In this document: positions 27,047 through 36,673 of the stretch, one piece after another
Position numbering within the stretch: the stretch's first letter is position 1
Layout of the letters: each line of letters opens with the position of its first letter
NCBI GenBank assembly: GCA_022843285.1
Contig: JALHNY010000003.1
Coordinates: 25,533-89,532, forward strand
Direction: 5' to 3'
Source of the DNA: Minisyncoccota bacterium
GTDB taxonomy: Bacteria; Patescibacteriota; Minisyncoccia; UBA6257; 2-01-FULL-56-20
DNA: 64,000 nucleotides
Made by a program: the position numbers and the translations under genes
Notes under the pieces: model-generated
The model's input: the letters and a program-made list of their open reading frames with translations, nothing else
Databases searched by the model: none
What the model was told of the DNA's origin: nothing

Positions 27047-28153
27047 CTAGGAAACCAGGGGGGCGAGCACGTAGCGGTACGTCCCCTCTCCAGACCCGCG
27101 CAGCAGCGCGGGTTTGTCGACGTTGATGCCCATGGTCACGCGCTCGGCGGAAATAGCGCGCAGGCCGTCACTGAGCTGGCGCCAGTTGAAGGTCACGGCT
27201 GGGAAGGAACTCGTCACGTGGGCCTCCACGGATGTCGAGTGCGATCCGACCGCGTCACTGCCCGCAGAAATCGTCAGGGAAGCGTTTTCCCCCTCGCCGC
27301 TGGGCTCAATGGTGATCTCGCTGCCCTTAGCCGCGAACACGCTCGCGAGCTTGAGCGCTGCGGCGAGAGCTTCTCTGTTCACCGTGAACTCGGCAATGAA
27401 GCTGGGCGGGATGATCTGCTCGTAATCCGGGAACTGCGCCGAGATGAGGCGGGTGGTCACCTGCCAGCGCGGAGTCTCGAACGTAGCCTGGTGCGTCTCG
27501 AAGTAGCACGCGACGTCCTCGTCATCGTGTATGACGCGGGAGAGCTCTGAGGCTACCTTGGCGGGTATGAGCGCGCGGACGGATTTTTCTGGTAGCACCG
27601 CTCCGTCCACGGATGCCTCCGCGAGGCGGAAGCTGTCTGTTGCCACAAAACGCAGCATCCCTGCCTCTGTGGTGACGAGAACGGCAGCTAGCTCGGGTGA
27701 GAAGTCCGCGGCTCCCTGAGCGGCAAATGAGACCCGTGAGAGGGCCTCCCTGAACAGGGCACCCGGAATGGAGATCTGCAGCGCATCTGCGCCGCGAGTG
27801 GGGATGCTCGGAAAGTCATCTACGGGAGCACCCGCGAGCGTGCCGTTGTAGTGGTCCGTGGTGATGCCCAAGCCTGAACCCTGGGCCTCCAGTGTGACCC
27901 TCTCATCCGTGAGGGCACCCACGAGGCTGCCGAGGAGTGCGGTGGGTACGGATACCTTCCCGTGATCTACAACCTTGGCGGCCACGGTGGCGCGTACCGC
28001 GAGCTCGAGGTTGGTGGCGGTCAGTACGAGCTGGTCCCCCTCAGTCTCGAGGAGCACGTTGCGGAGCGCCGGGAGCTGGGCTCCCGAGCCGCTCGCACGC
28101 TCCACCAATCCCAGGGCTGCCGACAGGGTGTCGCGCAAAGTCACAGCTTTCAT
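27047..28153 (-). CDS. dnaN: DNA polymerase III beta subunit (sliding clamp)
   Basis: 368 aa, MKAVTLRDTLSAAL…, in the conserved position downstream of dnaA. Confidence 0.85.
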   Translation of the reverse strand: MKAVTLRDTLSAALGLVERASGSGAQLPALRNVLLETEGDQLVLTATNLELAVRATVAAKVVDHGKVSVPTALLGSLVGALTDERVTLEAQGSGLGITTDHYNGTLAGAPVDDFPSIPTRGADALQISIPGALFREALSRVSFAAQGAADFSPELAAVLVTTEAGMLRFVATDSFRLAEASVDGAVLPEKSVRALIPAKVASELSRVIHDDEDVACYFETHQATFETPRWQVTTRLISAQFPDYEQIIPPSFIAEFTVNREALAAALKLASVFAAKGSEITIEPSGEGENASLTISAGSDAVGSHSTSVEAHVTSSFPAVTFNWRQLSDGLRAISAERVTMGINVDKPALLRGSGEGTYRYVLAPLVS

Positions 28154-28278
28154 GCCGTAACTATAGTAGTAATAAATATATTGTTGTAGTTGTTAGTCCT
28201 GGGGATTCTGTGTACAAAATCCGTTGCCGATTTTAGGGGTAGGCGGGGGCTGGGAGTGCCGGTTTTTTGCCGTGTGGA
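28154..28278. other. dnaA-dnaN intergenic region with an AT-rich tract (candidate oriC DNA-unwinding element)
   Basis: The ~40-nt stretch ACTATAGTAGTAATAAATATATTGTTGTAGTTGTTAG is unusually AT-rich for this GC-rich genome. A DnaA-box-like TGTGGACTA lies at its dnaA-proximal end. Confidence 0.35.
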
Positions 28279-29622
28279 CTAGTGCTTGGAGAGCAGCTCA
28301 CGCACCCTGAATATCTTTTGGTTGAGGATTGCGTTCTGATCAGCTTCGCGTGCAATCTTCTCGTAAGAGTGGATAGCTGTGGTGTGGTCCCTCCCCAGCT
28401 TTTCCCCGATGGTCGGGTACGAGAGGTCAAGCATGTCGCGCAGGAGGAACATGGCAACCTGCCTCGGCTCCACAATTTCCTTGCGCCGCGAGCGGCCCAC
28501 CAGATCTTCCGTTGCGATGTTGTACACCTCAGCTACGGCGCTGATGACCTGCGTGTCGGTGACGGGCTTGGTGAGCGCGCGCATCGTTTTTTCAATGATT
28601 TCCTCGGCAATGGCAGCCGTGACCTCGCGGCCCCGCTTCTCCTGGAAGAACAGGAGCTTGGTGAGGATGCCCTCGAGCTCGCGGACGGACTTCTTCATCT
28701 TGCGGGCAATGACCTCCACCACGTCGTCCCCGAGGTGGCTAGATCGCTCGTCGAGCTTGCTGCGGATGATGGCTACCCTCGTCTCGAAATCGTACGCGGT
28801 AATGTCCGCGATCAGTCCGCCCTCAAATCGGCTGCGGAGGCGCTCCTCGAGGGTCGGGATGGCGTACGGGGGCCTATCGGACGAGATGATGATCTGCTTG
28901 TTCATCTCGTGGAGGGCGTTGAAGGTGTGGAAGAACTCCTCTTCGGTTTTGTCCTTTCCGCCGATGAACTGAATGTCGTCAATGATGAGGACGTCAGCTT
29001 CGCGGTACTTTTTTCGCATATCATCGGTGCGGCGGTTGCGGATGGACCACACGACGTCGTGCGTGAACTTCTCGCTCGTCATGTACTGCGGCCTCAGTGC
29101 CGGGTTCCGCTTCCTTATTTCGTTGCCGATTGCCTGAATGAGGTGAGTCTTGCCGAGACCCACTCCGCCGTACACGAAGAACGGGTTGTACTTGGTGCCG
29201 ACGTCATCGACGATGGCGAGCGCAGCAGCGTGGGCCAGCTCGTTCGATTGGCCCACGATGAATGAGTCGAGCGTGTAGCGCGTGTTGAGGCCAGTTGCCG
29301 CGTCAATCTTGAGATCGAGCTGCATTGAAGAAACCGGAACGTTAGCCTTTGCCGGACGCTTCGGAGCGGGAGCCGTGGAGCTGTTGATGACCACCTCGAT
29401 GTGCTTCACCTCGGGGTTCAGGGTGCGGACGATCCCCAATATGTCCTTCTCGTACTTGTCCTCAACCCATGACTTCGCGAAGGCGTTGTCCACCGCAACG
29501 CCGAGGGTGTCCCCAGAGAGGTGAGCCACGGTGGTGCTCTTCAGCCACATGCTGAAGTTGGTCCTTGAGATGCGCTTCTCCATCTCCTTGAGGACAGAAG
29601 ACCAGAGCTCGTTATGTTCCAT
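28279..29622 (-). CDS. dnaA: chromosomal replication initiator protein DnaA
   Basis: 447 aa with AAA+ Walker [11 protein letters not shown], Walker B, sensor motifs, and a C-terminal DNA-binding domain. Confidence 0.9.
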   Translation of the reverse strand: MEHNELWSSVLKEMEKRISRTNFSMWLKSTTVAHLSGDTLGVAVDNAFAKSWVEDKYEKDILGIVRTLNPEVKHIEVVINSSTAPAPKRPAKANVPVSSMQLDLKIDAATGLNTRYTLDSFIVGQSNELAHAAALAIVDDVGTKYNPFFVYGGVGLGKTHLIQAIGNEIRKRNPALRPQYMTSEKFTHDVVWSIRNRRTDDMRKKYREADVLIIDDIQFIGGKDKTEEEFFHTFNALHEMNKQIIISSDRPPYAIPTLEERLRSRFEGGLIADITAYDFETRVAIIRSKLDERSSHLGDDVVEVIARKMKKSVRELEGILTKLLFFQEKRGREVTAAIAEEIIEKTMRALTKPVTDTQVISAVAEVYNIATEDLVGRSRRKEIVEPRQVAMFLLRDMLDLSYPTIGEKLGRDHTTAIHSYEKIAREADQNAILNQKIFRVRELLSKH

Positions 29623-29768
29623 TTCGTGTGTTCAAGAGTGTCTGGGTGGTGGAGCGTGTTGGGACTATTGTATGGCCCGCAGGCCCCGCGTCAAAGTTTT
29701 CCACAGCCCCGAAATGTGGTCTGAATCGTCCATTTACAGCCAAATATGCCTCGTGTATGCTCTGCCCC

Positions 29769-29903
29769 ATGTCTCAGACCTACCAGCCCAAGAAGCGCAA
29801 GCGGGCGAGGACCCACGGGTTCCTCGTCAGGAGCGCCACGCCTGGTGGTCGTCGCGTCCTGGCGCGCCGCCGCCGCAAGGGTCGCGCAAAGCTCTCCGTC
29901 TAA
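29769..29903 (+). CDS. rpmH: 50S ribosomal protein L34
   Basis: [44 protein letters not shown], which is the in-frame tail of track ORF 29628..29903. Confidence 0.9.
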   Translation: MSQTYQPKKRKRARTHGFLVRSATPGGRRVLARRRRKGRAKLSV

Positions 29904-29924
29904 GGGCTCTGGTAACCTTTACCC

Positions 29925-30245
29925 ATGGTTCCCCGCTCCCTGCGGGCTGATCCCCGCGCGCTGCTCGCCGGGCAGGCCCAAGTAATCAGGCTCCCATGGG
30001 GTGTAGCCCGGTTCTCGCCCGGAAACACGGGTCTGGCGGTGGTAGTTCCGAAGAAAGCTGCAAAGCTATCCGTCGTGAGGCACCTGGCCAAGCGTCGCGT
30101 CGCGGGTGCGCTGCTGGGAAGCTTGCCGAATGGCTTCCAGGTCATGGTGACCCTCAACGCCGCGGGGGTATCCGCACGGGGAGAGAAGCTCCGGGCGTGG
30201 TGCCACGAGCTCGGGGAACGTATACTCCAATCCACCCATGCTTAG
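29925..30245 (+). CDS. rnpA: ribonuclease P protein component
   Basis: …GLAVVVPKKAAKLSVVRHLAKRRVAGAL… resembles the RnpA core. It sits in the conserved rpmH-rnpA-yidC order. Confidence 0.65.
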   Translation: MVPRSLRADPRALLAGQAQVIRLPWGVARFSPGNTGLAVVVPKKAAKLSVVRHLAKRRVAGALLGSLPNGFQVMVTLNAAGVSARGEKLRAWCHELGERILQSTHA

Positions 30246-30945
30246 CATCTACCACACGCTCATCGCGAACCCGCTCCTCAACATTCTCGTCGGTTTGTAC
30301 GAGACTGTTGCACTGGAAGACCTGGGGGTCGCCATTATCATTCTCACCATTCTGGTGCGCCTCGCCTTCTACCCGCTCTTCCAGAAAGGGCTGGAGCAGC
30401 AGGCGAAGATGCAGGAGCTGCAGCCAAAAATTAAAGAGCTCCAGGCGAAGCACAAGGGAGACCACGCGGCGCACTCGCGCGCACTCCTCGATCTCTACAA
30501 GGAGCACAAATTCAATCCGTTCTCGAGCGTGCTGATGCTCCTGATTCAGATTCCGATTCTCATTGCTCTGTACCACCTGTTCCTGAGCATCTTCTCTCCG
30601 GACGTCCTATCGCGCCTGTACGCGTTCGTCCCGAACCCCGGTGCTCTCAACCAGACGGCATTCGGGTTTCTCAACCTGACCGAGTCCTACTTCACGCTCG
30701 TCGCGGTAACCGCGCTCCTCCAGTTCGTGCAGGCGCGGATGGCAATGCGCGGCGTGAAGTTCAACGACAAGGCGCAGCAGATGACGAGTCAGGTGCTCGT
30801 CTTCGTGGCGCCGGTCATTACGCTGGTGATCTTCGCGACGCTTCCCGCCGCGGTGACCCTGTACTGGCTGGTCTCATCGCTGCTGTCCGTGGGGCAGCAG
30901 TACCTCGTCTCGTACCGTCGCGCCAATGCAGAAGCTACCTCCTGA
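30238..30945 (+). CDS. yidC: membrane protein insertase YidC (short, Gram-positive type)
   Basis: 235 aa with five TM helices and a coiled-coil loop (…QAKMQELQPKIKELQAKHK…). Confidence 0.85.
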   Translation: MLSIYHTLIANPLLNILVGLYETVALEDLGVAIIILTILVRLAFYPLFQKGLEQQAKMQELQPKIKELQAKHKGDHAAHSRALLDLYKEHKFNPFSSVLMLLIQIPILIALYHLFLSIFSPDVLSRLYAFVPNPGALNQTAFGFLNLTESYFTLVAVTALLQFVQARMAMRGVKFNDKAQQMTSQVLVFVAPVITLVIFATLPAAVTLYWLVSSLLSVGQQYLVSYRRANAEATS

Positions 30946-31357
30946 GCAGTTCGTAGAAAAAACCCTGAAGTTGCTGGGTTTTGAGGACGTTAAGGTCTCG
31001 GTAGACGAGGACGGGCGCCGGGGCGCGCTGGTTATCGAGGGGCTGGATGGCGAGCACCTGCAGGACATGATCATGGCCACGAACGCCCTGGTTGCCAGGC
31101 ACGCAGAGAAGCACAAAGAGAAGGCCCCCTTCTTCGATATCAACGGGTACCGCGCCCAGCGCGAGGAGCTCATCTCTTCAATTGCGGCAGCGGCGGCGGA
31201 GAGGGTTCTCCAAAAAATGGAGGCCATCAGTCTCCCTCCCATGAACTCGTACGAGCGCAGGCTCATCCACGAGCACGCCTCTCAGGTTCCCGGAGTCAGC
31301 AGTGAGAGCGCCGGCGAGGGCAAGGAGCGCCACGTGGTTATTTCCCCCGAGGCCTAG
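30926..31357 (+). CDS. jag: Jag/KhpB-like R3H-domain RNA-binding protein
   Basis: C-terminal R3H-like segment …YERRLIHEHASQVPGV…; conserved position after yidC. Confidence 0.7.
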   Translation: MQKLPPEQFVEKTLKLLGFEDVKVSVDEDGRRGALVIEGLDGEHLQDMIMATNALVARHAEKHKEKAPFFDINGYRAQREELISSIAAAAAERVLQKMEAISLPPMNSYERRLIHEHASQVPGVSSESAGEGKERHVVISPEA

Positions 31358-32496
31358 ATTGCAGATTTGTACAGTGCGCCGGTGATGCGGTCTAGGTAGT
31401 AGACGGTGCTGCCAACCACCTGCAGGTCGGTGGCATCAACGGGAGCTGGCGTTGCAATGGTGAAATCTACGGAACGGGTTTCCAGGTTCACGCCCACGAG
31501 GACGTCATCGCTGAAGAACTCCTTGCGGTAGTAGGCGTCCGGGAGTGTTTTTCTCTGCAGGTCATCTTGGTCACGAGGTGCGCCGCAAACAACGTAGGGC
31601 GTCTCCTCATCCTCACCCGTGGGCATGCCAAAGAATGTGCACTTGTCTGGGATGGTGGTGAAAGAGAGCACCGCCTGCTCGATGCCGCCCACGATGAGCT
31701 TGGTGCGTCCGCCAGATCGGTACTGGTTAGCCTGGAAGGCCAGTGCGGTCTGCGCCGCGTCGTCCCACTTCGCTGCGTAGCCGAGCTTGCCCCGTGCAGC
31801 AATGGTCACGCGACCAGACGCCACGTCTACCGCCCAGGTAGAGCCGGCGCTCTGGTAGTTGGGCTTATCGGTCACGAGGATGGTCTGGGCATTGGGCCAG
31901 TCAATGGCTACGTCGCCCAGGGCGAGAGCCACCACCGTCCGAACGGTGCGGCCGAGTGCCGTGTCGTAGATGCCGATGGCAGTCTTTCCGGTAGCTGTGT
32001 CAGGCGTGAGCGTGGCGAGCTGGCTTCCCGAGGGCGCCCACGTCGCATCGCGGAAGGTGCCGGGGACAACGCGCCAGGTTGCGGAGGCAACCTCAAAAAT
32101 GTTGACCTGAGTGCGAGGCTGGTTACCCGTGAGCACCAGAATGCGGCTCCCATCGCCCGAGAAAGATGCGGATGCAAAATTCTCAACCGGCTTGTTGGAC
32201 AGGCTGGTGACCGTGGTGCTGGCAACGCGATCTATCGTGCCGTCCCTGTGCACTGCGACCACGCTCTCATCCGCGTACACGTAGTAAGCAGCAATGTCAG
32301 AAACGGGGATGGTCGCCTCGGCTAGGAACTCTCCGTTGCCCGGGTCTGCGGGGTTAAACTCCCCTCCAATTTCGGGGAGGTTACCGGCTGCGTCCCCCGC
32401 CCCGCTTGAGCCGCCGAGGAGCCAGTACCCCGCCAGGCCGATGAGGGCCAGCACGAGCAGCAAGACCAGAATGATGATTATTCGACGTCGGTTCAT
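31354..32496 (-). CDS. membrane-anchored hypothetical protein, possibly a beta-propeller
   Basis: N-terminal TM helix (IIIILVLLLVLALIGLAGYWLL) and a Thr/Ser/Gly-rich repeat-like extracytoplasmic region. Confidence 0.4.
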   Translation of the reverse strand: MNRRRIIIILVLLLVLALIGLAGYWLLGGSSGAGDAAGNLPEIGGEFNPADPGNGEFLAEATIPVSDIAAYYVYADESVVAVHRDGTIDRVASTTVTSLSNKPVENFASASFSGDGSRILVLTGNQPRTQVNIFEVASATWRVVPGTFRDATWAPSGSQLATLTPDTATGKTAIGIYDTALGRTVRTVVALALGDVAIDWPNAQTILVTDKPNYQSAGSTWAVDVASGRVTIAARGKLGYAAKWDDAAQTALAFQANQYRSGGRTKLIVGGIEQAVLSFTTIPDKCTFFGMPTGEDEETPYVVCGAPRDQDDLQRKTLPDAYYRKEFFSDDVLVGVNLETRSVDFTIATPAPVDATDLQVVGSTVYYLDRITGALYKSAI

Positions 32497-32517
32497 GCTA
32501 AGTGCCCAAATTATAGC

Positions 32518-33447
32518 TTACTTTTTCTTGCAAGCAGGCTGACTTTGGATGCGGGTGATCTGCTCCTGGGTCAGACCGCCCCAGGTGCCCGAGGGGCACC
32601 CCTCGACGTGGAAGTGGTTGCCCGTCGAGCGCCCAGAAGCTTTGAAGCCGCACCCCGCGAATTCGTTCTTGTAGTACTCGTTGAGTGCAAAAACCCCGCA
32701 CGCGGTGAGGGCGTCGTAGAAGTTCTTCACCGCTTCGCAGTTCCTGGCGTAGCTCGCGGGTAGGACGAAGTCAGCAGAGCAGCCCGTGTAGTGCATGACG
32801 GAGCAGTGCTTGAGGCCGCTCACGGGGTAGGCTTCGGTGAAAATGATGCCGCTCGTGGGGACACCCAGCCTGTCAGCTGCGCACTTCACGCCGTTCACGA
32901 TGACCTTGTGGGCCGTGCACTCAGTGGAGACCTGGCACTTGAAGCCAGCCGCTGCAAGGTTTGAGCACCCCTGCGGGTTGCTTATGCAGGTGTCGGTTGC
33001 GGGCGGCACGACGCCGTTGCCCCTGGTGGTTCCTCCCGTTGTCGGCTGCTCCTGGTCCTGCTCAACCACAATCTGGTAGTTCGTGTCCCACCCCTCCCCC
33101 CGCTTGCCCTCGAGGGGCGCGAGGTACGGCAGCTGCAGCGTCGTGAGCCCCGGGTTCACGACGGCGAGGATGGCCCCGGCGCCGACGAGCAGGAGCGCCC
33201 CCACGAGGGCCTGCACGATGCGGTCCCACGCGTCCGCGAGCGCCGCGGGGTTGCCCCGGGAGAGCGTGTACTGGACCGCCCCGTACGCGATGCTCCCCAG
33301 GGCGAGGAGCCCCGCGACGGCGAGCGCGAGCAGGTACGCGTTCTGCACGAACGCGAGGACGCCCCCGTCCTGGCTCGGGTCCAGGGGGCCGGGGAGGCCG
33401 GGGGTGATCTTGGTTGCAGCTGCCCGCGCCGCCTCAATTAGCATCAC
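32518..33447 (-). CDS. double-TM (VirB2/TrbC pilin-like) N-terminus fused to a Cys-rich LAS/M15-type zinc-peptidase-like domain; putative cell-wall hydrolase
   Basis: Two long hydrophobic helices are separated by a short loop within residues ~30-100. The C-terminal domain carries H-x6-D (HYTGCSAD) and H-x-H (NHFHVEG), the zinc-ligand signature of LAS enzymes (M15/VanY-like). It also has many paired Cys. Confidence 0.45.
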   Translation of the reverse strand: MMLIEAARAAATKITPGLPGPLDPSQDGGVLAFVQNAYLLALAVAGLLALGSIAYGAVQYTLSRGNPAALADAWDRIVQALVGALLLVGAGAILAVVNPGLTTLQLPYLAPLEGKRGEGWDTNYQIVVEQDQEQPTTGGTTRGNGVVPPATDTCISNPQGCSNLAAAGFKCQVSTECTAHKVIVNGVKCAADRLGVPTSGIIFTEAYPVSGLKHCSVMHYTGCSADFVLPASYARNCEAVKNFYDALTACGVFALNEYYKNEFAGCGFKASGRSTGNHFHVEGCPSGTWGGLTQEQITRIQSQPACKKK

Positions 33448-34118
33448 TGAACCGGATCCAGGCTCACGCTGGCCTCAGCTCCCTCGCTCTCGGAGAGTGC
33501 ATTCTCCACGGACACGCCCACGTCCGCACCCTGCGTCGGGATTCCATCAACGGTGATGCTCAGTTCTCGCGGATCTCCGCTCGCCTCGGGAACCATCCCG
33601 TTGATGGTCCACGTGTAGAGCAGGTCATCAGCCGATGCCACGTTGAACGAGTACGGTGTTGCCTTGAAGTAGTTCTCCCCGGACCTCAGGAAAGACCCCC
33701 CGGGTGCCTCGATGACCACGCTGGGTTCAGCAAAAGGGACCACCATTGTTGCCTCGGTCGCGCTGAACGGTGCGCCGACAATCTGGACCCGGACATCGAT
33801 GTAGTCATCAGAAAACTCGGAGACGCGGAAGGTCGTCGAGAAGAGCCCCGGGCCACTCTGGTAGAGGTCGTCGTTGATGAACCAGCGAACCTCGTAGTTT
33901 CTCAGGTCTGCGGGGCGGCCATTCACCAGGGCTTCAACCAGCAGCAGGACGCTGCCACCCACCGGCGATGCCACCTTGCCCGCGTACCCCTCGGGGCTCA
34001 GAGCGTTGCTCCTCCAGGAGACCATGAGATCGCTGCTGGGAGTTGCGGGTGCCTGGGCGAACGCCGGATTCGCCACCGCAAAAGCAAGTGCGACACCTGC
34101 GGTGAGAAACTTGAGCAT
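33444..34118 (-). CDS. secreted hypothetical protein (signal peptide, 224 aa)
   Basis: N-terminal signal peptide MLKFLTAGVALAFAVANPAFA-QA; the start overlaps the upstream stop by 4 nt. Confidence 0.4.
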   Translation of the reverse strand: MLKFLTAGVALAFAVANPAFAQAPATPSSDLMVSWRSNALSPEGYAGKVASPVGGSVLLLVEALVNGRPADLRNYEVRWFINDDLYQSGPGLFSTTFRVSEFSDDYIDVRVQIVGAPFSATEATMVVPFAEPSVVIEAPGGSFLRSGENYFKATPYSFNVASADDLLYTWTINGMVPEASGDPRELSITVDGIPTQGADVGVSVENALSESEGAEASVSLDPVQ

Positions 34119-34157
34119 GATGCTAATTGTACCTTTTCCCGCTACCGGCTCCCAGCC

Positions 34158-34946
34158 CTACCCTGCTGGCTTGGGTGGTTGGCTGCGGCTGGTCGTTTTT
34201 GCTCCCGTGACGTCAACGTCAATGACGTCGGTGAGCTCTGGGAGGTTGTCCCGCTCGAGTTCCTCGTACGGGGCGAAGAACGGGTTGCCCGCTTCTTTAG
34301 AATCGGGGTTGCGGCTTTCAGAAATACCGGTTCTGGCCATCTCGTACGCCTGCTTCATCTTAGATTTCTTCGGCAGGTACCCATCTCCGGCACCCCGGTT
34401 GCCGCTCTCGGGGATAGAGCGCAGGGGTCCGGGCAGGCGCTGGCGGAGGTCGCTGACCTTCTTCTTGTACTGCTCAGCTTTTTTCTCAACCTGCTCGAGC
34501 TTCTGCATGCGCGCCGCCACCCGCTCTCCGGCAGCTGCCGCCTTGGCGCCGGCCATGTTTTTCGAGGGAATGTACTGGACCACCGTAGAGGCAATCTTGC
34601 TCTGGTCTGTTGCGATCACGAGAATTGCGCCAACCAGGTAGAGGGGCAGGTAGTCCACGATGGGGATGTACTCCGCGAAGTACATCACGAGGAACCGCAC
34701 CATGGGGCGCATGGAGGGAATCCCCTTGTAGATCAGGTAGATGAGCAGGATGACCGCCATGGCGGTCGCCAGAATATCCGCAATCGGGATTTCAAATGCG
34801 AGCGTGTCGGCAATGCTCAGGATGTCGAGGATGAGCGAGACAATGATGAGCAGGGCTGCGCCCACTTTGCCTATCTTGTGCGCGTTCCCAGTGTCCTCTC
34901 CCGCATCTGGATTGCCACCGGCGGCCATGGTTTGGTACCGGTCCAT
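34158..34946 (-). CDS. hypothetical membrane protein (3 TM plus coiled-coil/basic tail)
   Basis: Lies immediately downstream of the VirB4-like gene; has hydrophobic helices and a Lys-rich coiled-coil. Confidence 0.4.
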   Translation of the reverse strand: MDRYQTMAAGGNPDAGEDTGNAHKIGKVGAALLIIVSLILDILSIADTLAFEIPIADILATAMAVILLIYLIYKGIPSMRPMVRFLVMYFAEYIPIVDYLPLYLVGAILVIATDQSKIASTVVQYIPSKNMAGAKAAAAGERVAARMQKLEQVEKKAEQYKKKVSDLRQRLPGPLRSIPESGNRGAGDGYLPKKSKMKQAYEMARTGISESRNPDSKEAGNPFFAPYEELERDNLPELTDVIDVDVTGAKTTSRSQPPKPAG

Positions 34947-34949
34947 CGT

Positions 34950-36671
34950 CTACACGAGCCCCGTTTCCTCGAGGAGCTGCTGGGGATTTGTGGTGATGAG
35001 CTTGTCCTCAAAGAAGGACGGAATGATCTGGAGGGCGATGTGGCGCTGCCCGGCGAAGAACAGGCCGGTGCCCACCTCCGCGGTCAGGAGGAGGTTCTTC
35101 TCGGTCTCGGTTAGGTTGAAGGCTTTGCCCACAATGTCGATGGTTGCGGGAGCCTGCTTGAGCAGGAGCTGCACGGACGAGTTCGTGATAATCGGGCGGC
35201 CGTACGGGGAGCGGAGGAAGTCCTCCACGTCCTGCGTGATGGTGGAGACGCCGAGGTAGTACTTGCGGGCGCGCTTCACCAGGCCGAAGAGGAAGTTAGC
35301 ACTGTCCTCGTTCTTCATCATGATCCAGGCCTCATCGATGAAGAGCAGGCGCTTCTGGAACCGGGCGCGGATGAGGTTCCAGATGAAGTTGAGGATGACG
35401 TACATGGCCACGGGGCGGAGCTGCTCCTCGAGGTCACGAATCGAGAACACAATGAGGCGGTTGTTGAGGTCAATGTTCGTGGGCTTGTTCACGAATCCGG
35501 AGAAGCTGCCCTGCGTGTACTTGTACAGGCGCTCGGCAAGGGAGCGGCCGCCGTCGATGCTGCGCAGGACCGTCTCGAGGTCCTCCAGAATCGGAGGCTG
35601 AGCCTTGGAAAAATCCTCTCCGGCAACAATTTCACGGCTGGCGTACGTCTCCGTGATGGCGCGGTCCAGGAGGGCGTCCTCTTCGCTCGTCATCTCGCCG
35701 AGCATGAGGCGCGCGAGGCCGGCGACCGAAACGATGTGGGACCGCAGAACGTCCGAGGCAGACTCGTTGGGTGGGACGATGGGAATGTCGAACGGGTTAA
35801 TCGTGTTGTTGCTGGTCAGCGAGATGTTGAAGAAGCTTCCCCCGAAAGCCTCGGTGAGCTTCTGGTACTCGTTCTCGGGGTCGATGACGATGATGTTGGT
35901 GCCCATCATCAGCGAGCGGATAATTTCCAGTTTCGTCGCGTAGCTCTTTCCAGAGCCGGACTTTGCGAACACCACCTGGTTGGCGTTCTCCAGGCTGAAG
36001 CGATCGAAGATGACCAGGCTGTTGTTGTGCCGGTTGATGCCGTACATGATGCCCTCCTCGCTCATGAGGTCCTCTGCCACGAACGGGAAGAACGAGGAGA
36101 GCGGCCCCGAGTTCATGGGGGTTGTGACGTTGATTTTGTCCTGGGAGAGAGGAATCGTGGATAGGAGGCCCTGGAGCTGCTGGAATAGAGCCGGCTTGAG
36201 GTACACGAGCTTGGCTTCGAGCATGGACGTAATCTTGGATTCGAGCTTGGACAGTGCGACCTCTGAATCAGCGTAGATAGTGATGTACACGCCCACCGTG
36301 AAGAGCTTCTCCTGCGCCTGCTGGAGGGTGTCGCGGAGGCCCTCGACGTCATCGAGGGCAGTCTCGAGCTGCGGGTCGCGCACGAGACCCTTGTCAGCGG
36401 CCGTGTTCATCTGGGCTTCCACCTGGGCTGCCTTCTTGCGGAGCTGCTTGAGTGCCAGGCCCGTGTCGAACGGGTTCACGAACATGGCAATGTCCAACAG
36501 CTCAGGCAGGTTCACGATGGGCTCGAACCAGCCGGTGGTCAGGAACCTCGGGTAGCCGAAGAAGAAGAGAGTCTTCGCGTACTTGGTGCCGATTTTGACG
36601 CTCGACGATCCCACCTCTACGCCTGCGGGTGAGATGATCTGCTTCGCGGACTGGAATGCTGAGTCTGGCAT
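34950..36671 (-). CDS. VirB4/TrbE/CagE-family T4SS ATPase, ATPase portion
   Basis: Walker A VVFAKSGSGKSYATK, Walker B LLFIDEAWIMM, and a 'GYPRFL' segment typical of Gram-positive VirB4 homologues. Its start ATG lies 2 nt after the stop of the upstream ORF encoding the VirB4 N-domain. Confidence 0.8.
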   Translation of the reverse strand: MPDSAFQSAKQIISPAGVEVGSSSVKIGTKYAKTLFFFGYPRFLTTGWFEPIVNLPELLDIAMFVNPFDTGLALKQLRKKAAQVEAQMNTAADKGLVRDPQLETALDDVEGLRDTLQQAQEKLFTVGVYITIYADSEVALSKLESKITSMLEAKLVYLKPALFQQLQGLLSTIPLSQDKINVTTPMNSGPLSSFFPFVAEDLMSEEGIMYGINRHNNSLVIFDRFSLENANQVVFAKSGSGKSYATKLEIIRSLMMGTNIIVIDPENEYQKLTEAFGGSFFNISLTSNNTINPFDIPIVPPNESASDVLRSHIVSVAGLARLMLGEMTSEEDALLDRAITETYASREIVAGEDFSKAQPPILEDLETVLRSIDGGRSLAERLYKYTQGSFSGFVNKPTNIDLNNRLIVFSIRDLEEQLRPVAMYVILNFIWNLIRARFQKRLLFIDEAWIMMKNEDSANFLFGLVKRARKYYLGVSTITQDVEDFLRSPYGRPIITNSSVQLLLKQAPATIDIVGKAFNLTETEKNLLLTAEVGTGLFFAGQRHIALQIIPSFFEDKLITTNPQQLLEETGLV

Positions 36672-36673
36672 GG

